Assembly (NCBI GenBank): GCA_963757625.1
Contig: CAVWSJ010000002.1
Location: 4,954 to 68,953, forward strand
Reading direction: 5' to 3'
DNA from: Terriglobia bacterium
GTDB lineage: Bacteria > Acidobacteriota > Terriglobia > Acidiferrales > UBA7541
Length of the DNA: 64,000 nt
Positions within the stretch are counted from its first letter, which is position 1. Each line of letters opens with the position of its first letter. The notes below the pieces were generated by a model that searched no databases, had not been told where the DNA came from, and saw nothing but the letters and a program-made list of their open reading frames with translations. Made by a program: the position numbers and the translations under genes. Positions 49,188-57,220 of the stretch are shown one piece after another.

Positions 49188-51378
49188 TCAGACGGTCCAG
49201 GCGAAGTTGTCTTCGCCCAGTTGAATTTCCAGCATGCCTTCCGTGGGAAGAAGATCCACGGGCAAACCGCCTTCCCACACGGCCACGCCCAGCGAAATGG
49301 ATTTCCGGTTGCCAAGCTGGAACATTTCTTTCGCCACGGACACTTCGAGAATTTTGTCATACGCCACTTTCACGACTTCATCCGGGCCAAGCAGGCAAAG
49401 ATCGCGCGACTCGATCAGATAGCCGCTGACGCGGCCTTCCTCGAGGCGGATCACGACGCGAAGTTCCTGCTCGGCCCGCAGGGTAATTCGGAATTCAGCG
49501 TCGTGCACTTCGGCCAGCGCTTCGGCAAAACACATCCGTGCGCAGGTGAAATTGCTTTTCATCAAATCCGTAACGCAGCTCGTGGAGGATCGTCAAACGC
49601 CCGTGCATGGCGCTGCTGCGGCGGTCGGCCGAATAGAGCCCCGCGCCCATCCATTCAAAGTATGTTGATTCGCGACCATCCACTTTCACTTTGAGAAATG
49701 CCGATGGCGGAAGAATGAGAGCGCGCTCGGGCTGGCGTTTGATCGGCTCGGCCAGAACGTCGGGGGCCTCGCCGCCCAGCGACCGGTATACTTCAGTGAG
49801 CAGTTTCCGGTAGAACGCGTCGAACTCCGCATCGTTCGCCGAACTATGCTCGGGGCCATACCACCAGCACCAATCGCTTCCTTCCGCTGCCAGCAATGCC
49901 TCGTACGAAGCGGCAAGCTGCTTGGCCGTCGGCGCATTGGGAAATCCCTTGGCGGCGCTGTCCGCCTGCTGTGAATAAAAATCGCGCGCGCGCCGGAGGT
50001 GATCCCATGCTACAACGTCTTCCCCCGACCCGATCCACACATCGAAATTCGCGTTGATCCAGGACGCGGGGAATATGCCCATATTCCTGGGAATATCTCC
50101 GGCCGCGGCGGCCGCTTCGCTCGCCGTTAGAGCCAGAATATCGGGATCGTTGTCGATCCGGCGGTAAAACTGTCGAAGGAATTCGCGTCCGTTGCCCGGG
50201 AAATATTCCCACGCATTCTCTCCGTCGAGAATCAAAGAAACCGTCAGAGGACGGCCGATCTGAACGCGTTCACCGATGGCGCGGATGCGCTGGTATAGAT
50301 CTTCAGCCGCGGCCCCGGAATCCATGCGGCTGTAAACGAATCCAACAAGGTCGGATAGATAGTGGTCCCGAAAAAAGCCCACCATATCGCGGCTTCCGAC
50401 ACGAACGCGCAGGGGAGAGTAGAGCTTATCCGCGTTCGCCGGGACGCCCGCGCCATCGCGGCCAAATCCAGCGCCGAGCGTGTGGCCGAGCACGCCTTCA
50501 TCGGTGGCAAACCATTTAAATCCGAGTTCGGCTGCGATCGAGAGCGATTCCTCGGAGACAGAACCCTCCGATGGCCAGAGCCCGTCCGGAACTTTCCCGA
50601 AGACGCGCTCGTGATAACGGCGCGCCCGTGCCAGTTGTTCACGCGCGTCCTCCGGGTGGCGAAAGGACGGCACAGGCAGCGGAGTGTAGAAATTGGAAAC
50701 CCGCGCAATATCCGTATCGCACAGCAGGGGAAGAATCGGGTGATAGAACGGCGTGGCTGAGATTTCAATCTGTCCGGTGGCCGCCGCCTTTCTGTATTCC
50801 GGCAACACGCGGCCGAGAAGTTCGATTTGTTTTTCACTCAACTGCTGCTTGTCCTGCTCCGTAAAGTCGGTGCCTTTCTTTGCCAGGCGCGACACGACCG
50901 GATCGACCGCCAGATATTCTTCATCCATCCAGGCAAGTTGGGAAAGCACTTGAAGGTCGCGCCAGTCACGCTCCCCGAATGATTGAATCGCTCGGTCGGC
51001 GCCCTGTGAACTCACCCATTGATGGAGCTCGATGAATCGCGGCCATCTGGCGAGCAGATGATCGTAATTGAGCTGAAAAGCGCGCAGCAGGATTTCAGAT
51101 TTATCTTCGGTGGTCAGGCTTGCCGTCGGACGGAAGGCGATCGTGAACCACGGCTCGTCGAATTTCCCGCTGGCATATTCCTCGAGTTGCGCGCCCAGCG
51201 ACGGCACGACATTGAATGTCGCGTGAATGCGAGGAAATTCCTCGAGCACCCGCACCATGCCCCAGTAGTCCTTGAGCGCGTGCAGCCGTGTCCAGGGAAG
51301 CACATATCGGCCCGTCGTGGGATCGCGATACTGGGGCTGGTGCATATGCCACAGCGTCATCAGGTGGACGCGATTCAT
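49188..51378 (-). CDS. Glycoside hydrolase family 57 protein (alpha-glucan-acting) with C-terminal domain, one frame break
   Basis: LWHMHQPQYRDP, LPWTRLHALKDYWGM, HATFNVVPSLGAQLEEY, ISATPFYHPILPLL, LWPSEGSVS. The last ~125 aa continue in ORF 49188..49565. Confidence 0.8.
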
Positions 51379-51483
51379 CGCGCGGCCCTGAAGGGTATTT
51401 TCCCGACGAGCTGCACGTAGCCGCCGCACGGACAGGAGGGCAGCCCGAACCAGGCGAGCGTGCTAGAATGGCGGCTTCGTCCC

Positions 51484-53808
51484 ATGCGCTTAATCGACCG
51501 GTATATCGCTCGCCAGATATTCTCCCACGCGTTGCTGGGTCTGGGGATTTTCACGTTTGTCTTTTTTGTGCCGCAACTGGTGCGGCTGATGGATCTGGTA
51601 GTGCGCCACCCGGCCACCTGGTCGGCCATTGGCGTGCTCTTCCTGGCCACACTTCCCGGCATTCTCAGCTTTACGTTGCCGATCGGTGTCCTGGTCGGCG
51701 TGCTGATTGCCCTCGGGAGATTGTCAGCCGATAGTGAACTCATCGCCATGAGCGCGCTCGGCATGGGGCGAAGCCGATTGCTGGTTCCGGTCGGTGTCCT
51801 GGCCATCGGCGCCACCTTGATTACATTTGTCATGACTCTCTGGCTTACTCCTCTTTCCGTGCGCACATTCCGGTCGATTGAGGACCAGTTGCGCGCCGGA
51901 CAGGCGTCGGAACAAGTGGCGCCCCGGGTTTTCGACGAGAGGTTTCCCCGGATGGTGCTCTACGTGAATGACATCGACTCTTCCGGCACGCGCTGGAAGG
52001 GGGTCTTCCTGGCAAGCACCGACCTGAAAGGCGTTTCCCGCCTGACTTTGGCGGAGAATGCGATTGTAATTGCCGATCGCAGTGAGGGCAAGCTGGAGTT
52101 GTACCTTCGCAACGGCAGTGTGCACGAGTTCTCACCGAGCGATCCGGGGCACTATTCACTTTCCGCGTTCGGGCAGCGCGACTTTCCCGTCGACGTCAAA
52201 GGCGACGAGGAAGCCGGCGGCATCTCCGAACCGAGCATCCCCGGCCGCACTACGAAAGCCTTGGTCCGCGAAAGGACCGCGGAGCGCGACGCAAATGTGG
52301 AGCTGCAACGCCGGCTGTCTTTTCCATTCGCTTGTATTTCGTTTGCCCTGTTGGCTATGCCTCTCGGCGCGCGTCCCCGGCGCGGCGGGCGCGCGGCTGG
52401 GTTCCTGATCACCCTGCTGCTCGTCAGCGGCTACTATCTGATGTTTACAATCGGCGCGGGCCTGGCGCGCCAGGGCACGATTCCAATCTGGCTTGGGATC
52501 TGGTCGGCAAACGTTGTCACGGCAGGACTGGGTATTTATCTCCTGCCCCGCCTGGAACGCATGCCGGGGAGCAGCCGGTCGAGCGCCGTGCTTTCCTGGA
52601 TCGCTGGCTGGCGCCTCTGGAAGATTTCCTTCCGGGGAAATGAGAAGACGCAAGCTGTCCAAAACGGCGCGGCGCCGTATCGAAGCCATTCCGCCCGGAA
52701 AAAAGGCCGGGGGGGGATCCCTCAATTGCTGGACATGTACCTTCTGCGCAGCTTCTTTTTTTACTTCGTTCTACTGACCGTCGGATTCATCGTGCTCTTT
52801 GAAGTCTTCACATTTTTCGAGCTGCTCGACGACATCGCGCAGCATCGCACCGGCCTCATTGATGTTATTAACTATTTTATATACCTCGCCAGCTATCTTT
52901 TCTATCAGCTCGCTCCCCTTGCCGCCTTGGTGGCCGTGCTCGTCACCCTCGGCATTATGACGAAGAACAATGAGCTCGTTGCTTTCAAGGCCGGCGGCGT
53001 CAGCCTCTATCGTATTTCCCTGCCGCTCCTGCTCGCCGGACTGGCCCTGGCGACGGGGCTGGTCGTCCTCGACGATACCTACCTGCCCTATGCCAATCAG
53101 CGCCAGGACGCACTGCGAAATGAGATCAAAGGCCGCCCTGCGCAGACGTATTACCAGCCCAGCCGGCAGTGGATCTTCGGCGAAAAATCCAAAGTTTATA
53201 ACTATGAGCTCTTTGATCCGGACCACGAATTATTCGGCGGGTTGAATGTTTTCGAACTGGACCCCGGGACCTTCGAAATCCGGCGCCGTATTTATGCGGC
53301 CCGCGCTCACTGGGACAGGCAACAGCAGATTTGGGTTCTCGAATCGGGTTGGGTTCGCGATTTCGACCACGGCCAAGTCTCCCACTACCAGCCGTTCCTG
53401 GCCACCGCCTTGAATGAAATCGACGAGCCCCCATCCTACTTCAATCGGGAGGTGCGCCAGTCCTACCAAATGACCTGGTGGGAGCTCGAGCGGTATATCG
53501 GCGATCTTCGCCAGGCGGGATTTGATGTCGCGCGACTATCCGTTCAGTTGCAGAAGAAACTCTCTTTCCCTCTAATCGCCCCCATTATTATCCTGCTGGC
53601 CATTCCCTTTTCAATTCTCGTCGGAACGCGCGGCGCTGTGGGAGGCCTCGCTCTGGGAGTGGGCATCGCGATCGTTTACTGGGCGGCTTCCGCGCTCACG
53701 GAAGCAATGGGCGCCGTCGGACAACTGCCGCCATTCCTGGCGGGGTGGGCTCCGGACACGATCTTCGGGTTCCTGGGCCTCTATTTCTTCCTGAAGATGC
53801 CAACGTGA
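51484..53808 (+). CDS. LptF-LptG (YjgP/YjgQ permease) fusion ORF
   Basis: The first half starts MRLIDRYIARQIFSHALLGLGIFTF. The second half starts LLDMYLLRSFFFYFVLLTVGFIVLF and ends in typical LptG TM helices. One continuous 775-aa frame; the junction contains A6 and G8 runs (G8 at 52709-52716). Confidence 0.75.
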   Translation: MRLIDRYIARQIFSHALLGLGIFTFVFFVPQLVRLMDLVVRHPATWSAIGVLFLATLPGILSFTLPIGVLVGVLIALGRLSADSELIAMSALGMGRSRLLVPVGVLAIGATLITFVMTLWLTPLSVRTFRSIEDQLRAGQASEQVAPRVFDERFPRMVLYVNDIDSSGTRWKGVFLASTDLKGVSRLTLAENAIVIADRSEGKLELYLRNGSVHEFSPSDPGHYSLSAFGQRDFPVDVKGDEEAGGISEPSIPGRTTKALVRERTAERDANVELQRRLSFPFACISFALLAMPLGARPRRGGRAAGFLITLLLVSGYYLMFTIGAGLARQGTIPIWLGIWSANVVTAGLGIYLLPRLERMPGSSRSSAVLSWIAGWRLWKISFRGNEKTQAVQNGAAPYRSHSARKKGRGGIPQLLDMYLLRSFFFYFVLLTVGFIVLFEVFTFFELLDDIAQHRTGLIDVINYFIYLASYLFYQLAPLAALVAVLVTLGIMTKNNELVAFKAGGVSLYRISLPLLLAGLALATGLVVLDDTYLPYANQRQDALRNEIKGRPAQTYYQPSRQWIFGEKSKVYNYELFDPDHELFGGLNVFELDPGTFEIRRRIYAARAHWDRQQQIWVLESGWVRDFDHGQVSHYQPFLATALNEIDEPPSYFNREVRQSYQMTWWELERYIGDLRQAGFDVARLSVQLQKKLSFPLIAPIIILLAIPFSILVGTRGAVGGLALGVGIAIVYWAASALTEAMGAVGQLPPFLAGWAPDTIFGFLGLYFFLKMPT

Positions 53809-53813
53809 ACGGA

Positions 53814-53898
53814 GTGACTCGTGATTTGTGACCCGTGATTCGCAGGACATGCTTGGGTCGCGGTCCCGCCTCCGAGCTCTCACGGGTCACGAATCACG
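53814..53898. repeat. Inverted pair of GTGATTCGTGAC-type repeat units between convergent genes
   Basis: 53819-53836 cgtgatttgtgacccgtg versus 53881-53898 cacgggtcacgaatcacg (17/18 complementary). Related units lie at 2978-3003 and 29930-29943. Confidence 0.6.
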
Positions 53899-53902
53899 TC
53901 CC

Positions 53903-56458
53903 TCAATGCTGCGTCACCAGCCGCAATCGAACCGTAAACGCCCGGTGCTGCCCTCCGCCATAGGTCAGGAAACTCGCTCCGGCGTCTATGTTATTGATCA
54001 CAGAATTCGGATTGTTATGCCCTGTAATGTTGACTCCGGTCAGCCGAATGGCCCATTCATGCCCTCTGAATCGAAATCGCTTTTCAAGTCCTAGATTCAG
54101 GCTGAAATAATTTGGATATCGCGCACTGTTCGGACCGCCCACCAGCTGCTGCTGCTCGTTCACGATGCTGAACGGGAATCCCGTGTGATATTCCAGGAAC
54201 TCGCTCAGCAGGAGGCTCCAAATCGGCAGCGGGGTCCAACCCGTGGAAACAAACCGGTTGGGAGTGTCCCACATCAATGGTCCCGACTGCTGAGGCGACA
54301 GGATCAGCTGCGCTAAAGTCGGATCGAGCACCGCGTTGGAACTGGCGCGAGACCGCGTATAGTCTACTTCGATCTGGGCGTTCTCATTGAAGGCGTGGCG
54401 CACCCAAACCTCGCCCGCGACGTACCGGTCATTGCGGTCGCTGGTCAGCTGAAGTGCGCCGGATGGCTGATAATTCCAGGCATCCCCGTTGCGCGATTCC
54501 CGAAGAAGAAACGACACCCCGGCGAAAGTGTGATCGAAAAATCTTTCATCCCACTCTGCCGTTGTATTGTAGGAACGCGTCTGAGTGAGCGTGGCGAGAG
54601 GCACGACGAAAGCAGTCAACACGGGCGGGCCGCTGGGAATCGGCGGACCATTCGGATTCGACGGCGACGGGGGATTGTAAAACTGATCCGTGCGCGTCTG
54701 GTCAAATCCTTGTCCGAGAATCGACATGTCCAGAGGCTGGTAATGTTCTCCCCAGGCGAGGGTGAGCTTCATTCGCCCGTCCTCCGAGAGAACCCAGTTC
54801 ATCGCAAATCGCGGTTCGACAACATCCTTGTGAATCAAGCGGTCCCAATCCGTACGCAAGCCCACGGAAAATACGACGAGTTTCATCGGCCGCCAGAGAT
54901 CTTGCGCGTATCCGCCCACTTGCGTATTGGCCAGGCGAAACGCCGACGGACCGCTGAACGTGGCGACCTCGGATAAGCTGGCGGTGGCGTCGGCGCGGTC
55001 AAAATCGATTTCGCTTCTCGCGGCTTGTTGCGAAAAATCCAAACCCGCGACGTTCCACCCCGCGGAAAGGGTGTGGGAACCAAACCAGTTGAGGGAGGCC
55101 GTCGTAATATCGCCAACTGTCTGCACTCGTCGAGATTGCCGTGACAGCGATTGAAAGTAATTCCCAGTGGCGGTGGTGGGAGTCACAACGTAAGGACTGC
55201 TCCCCAGGGGCGTGCTGCTGGAATTTCCCGTGTCCAATGCCGCGCCAATGTCAATCAGCGTGCGACCGATCCAAATTTGATCCTTTAGAGAAACGAAATA
55301 CCGCCGCGAATGATTTTGTACGGTGGTCGAAAGCGGCGTGAAGGGCCCCAGTCCGCCTCTCGGGTCCTCCAATCCATTGTAAAGAAAGCTCCCTTGAAGA
55401 ATATTTTTAGGCGTCAGGTTGACCTGCAGCCGGATCAGGTTATCGCCGGTCCATTGCGAGTCCGTGTTTTGTCCGCGCGGCAGCTCGCTCACAAATTCAA
55501 AAGAATGTTCAAGGGTCAAGGCTTCCGAAAACCAGGCCTTCCCCTTCTTCAGCGGTCCTGAAAAGGTCATCCTTGGATAAAAGTCGCCGAAATGCACGCC
55601 CTGCTGAAAACTGACATCGGGGATAAAATTCGTGATCCCGAACCGGAATTTGTCATCGCCCGATTGAGTGTCCAGGACGATGATTCCTCCCGCGGCGTGT
55701 GAATATTGGGCGCCGAATCCCCCCGTTTCGATCGTAACCTGCCTTACGGCGTCCACATTGACGCGGGACGTGAAGCCGCCCGTAACGGGATCATTAATCT
55801 CAAAACCATCGAGCAGAATCTCCGTTTGTCCCTGCCGAGCGCCGGCGACGTGGAGCCTTCCGCTAATGTCGGCCACAACCTGAGGAATCGCTCTCATGCT
55901 TTGCTGGAGATCGTGACTTGAGGGAGTGGGCGTGTTCAATATCTCATGTTGCACCATAGATTCCTGGTGGCTTGTTGTATCAGGATCAATTTGTACGGGC
56001 GATGATTTTACTTCAAGTTGTTGTTGAATTTCTGTTTCATGGTTCAAAGTGATCGTAACCTCGGATGACCCTCCAGATAAATCCACCACCCGGTCCTCAA
56101 GGCGAAAGAAGCCCGGCTTTGATATCGTCAAGTGAACCTGAGCCTCGGTCAGGTTTGAAAGTTCAAACTTACCGGCCGCATCCGAATAGACAGTGCGCGT
56201 ATTGGCATTGGAAAGATGTTGGGTGATCTCGACTCGGGGGACGGGTTGCCCGTCTTCATCAATCACCTGCCCATGCAGGTCAACAGGGCTGGGCCCTGAT
56301 TGAGCGCTCCCCCCTAAAGGAATGAGGCAGGCGAGTCCCAGGAGTGCAACCAGACACGCCTTCCAGTGGGGTTTCGGACGCGTATGCGCTCTCCTGTGAG
56401 TAGAAGTGTCAACGCAAGCGGGTCCGATATTACTCTGATTTGAATGTATTCGCTTCAT
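53903..56458 (-). CDS. TonB-dependent receptor-like outer-membrane protein with N-terminal CarboxypepD_reg domain
   Basis: Signal (ACLVALLGLACLIPLGGSAQS), LHGQVIDEDGQPVPRVEITQ...VYSDAAGKFELSNL, a plug-like region (RLHVAGARQGQTEILLDGFEINDP), a long beta-rich barrel, and a terminal aromatic-rich strand. The frame is intact. Confidence 0.75.
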   Translation of the reverse strand: MKRIHSNQSNIGPACVDTSTHRRAHTRPKPHWKACLVALLGLACLIPLGGSAQSGPSPVDLHGQVIDEDGQPVPRVEITQHLSNANTRTVYSDAAGKFELSNLTEAQVHLTISKPGFFRLEDRVVDLSGGSSEVTITLNHETEIQQQLEVKSSPVQIDPDTTSHQESMVQHEILNTPTPSSHDLQQSMRAIPQVVADISGRLHVAGARQGQTEILLDGFEINDPVTGGFTSRVNVDAVRQVTIETGGFGAQYSHAAGGIIVLDTQSGDDKFRFGITNFIPDVSFQQGVHFGDFYPRMTFSGPLKKGKAWFSEALTLEHSFEFVSELPRGQNTDSQWTGDNLIRLQVNLTPKNILQGSFLYNGLEDPRGGLGPFTPLSTTVQNHSRRYFVSLKDQIWIGRTLIDIGAALDTGNSSSTPLGSSPYVVTPTTATGNYFQSLSRQSRRVQTVGDITTASLNWFGSHTLSAGWNVAGLDFSQQAARSEIDFDRADATASLSEVATFSGPSAFRLANTQVGGYAQDLWRPMKLVVFSVGLRTDWDRLIHKDVVEPRFAMNWVLSEDGRMKLTLAWGEHYQPLDMSILGQGFDQTRTDQFYNPPSPSNPNGPPIPSGPPVLTAFVVPLATLTQTRSYNTTAEWDERFFDHTFAGVSFLLRESRNGDAWNYQPSGALQLTSDRNDRYVAGEVWVRHAFNENAQIEVDYTRSRASSNAVLDPTLAQLILSPQQSGPLMWDTPNRFVSTGWTPLPIWSLLLSEFLEYHTGFPFSIVNEQQQLVGGPNSARYPNYFSLNLGLEKRFRFRGHEWAIRLTGVNITGHNNPNSVINNIDAGASFLTYGGGQHRAFTVRLRLVTQH

Positions 56459-56486
56459 GCCCTTTGATTCTGAAGTCAACGCGTAA

Positions 56487-57131
56487 TCACTCGTTTGACC
56501 TTGAGCGCTCGCCAACTCCGACCAATGAGCGAATCTTCTGGATCACGAGGTCGATTCCAACCTCGTTATGCCCGCCTTCGGGGATGATTACGTCCGCGTG
56601 CCGTTTGGAAGGCTCAATAAATTCCATGTGCATGGGCCGAACGGTCGCCAGGTATTGATCGACAACCGAATCCACTGTCCTTCCCCTCTCGCGGATGTCG
56701 CGGCTCAAGCGGCGTATAAAGCGCAGGTCGGCGTCGGTGTCGACAAAAATTTTTATATGCATCAAATCGCGCAGGGCCTTGCTTTCAAAGATGAGGATGC
56801 CTTCGACGATGATGGCAGGACGCGGCTCCATCCGGAGCGTCCGCGATTCACGTTCGTGCCGCGAGAAATTATAAGTGGGGCGTTCGATCGGCGTTCCCTG
56901 CCGGAGTTGCCTGATGTGCTCGACCAGCAGCGGGGTGTCGAGAGAGTCGGGATGATCGAAATTCTGACGCGCGCGTTCCTCCACCGGAAGGCGCGGCAAA
57001 TCCCTGTAGTAGTGGTCCTGCTGAAGCACCAGAACGCTTTCAAGTGAGAGAGCGGAGATAATTCGCTCGGTAACGGTCGTCTTGCCGGAGCCCGTGCCTC
57101 CGCAAATCCCAATGACGAGCCCTTCAGCCAC
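56487..57131 (-). CDS. udk: Uridine kinase
   Basis: VIGICGGTGSGKTTV, QDHYY, NFDHPDSLD, IIVEGILIF, DTDADLRFIRRLSRDIRERGR. I chose the GTG start at 57131; the longer ORF would overlap ppdK. Confidence 0.85.
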   Translation of the reverse strand: MAEGLVIGICGGTGSGKTTVTERIISALSLESVLVLQQDHYYRDLPRLPVEERARQNFDHPDSLDTPLLVEHIRQLRQGTPIERPTYNFSRHERESRTLRMEPRPAIIVEGILIFESKALRDLMHIKIFVDTDADLRFIRRLSRDIRERGRTVDSVVDQYLATVRPMHMEFIEPSKRHADVIIPEGGHNEVGIDLVIQKIRSLVGVGERSRSNE

Positions 57132-57220
57132 AATCTCTCCTGGGTGATCCAGAATCTTCGAGGGCCTGACGTCGGCGAGCCGACTTTGGCGACCGGGTAA
57201 TCGGGAGTTCGCGACGCGCT

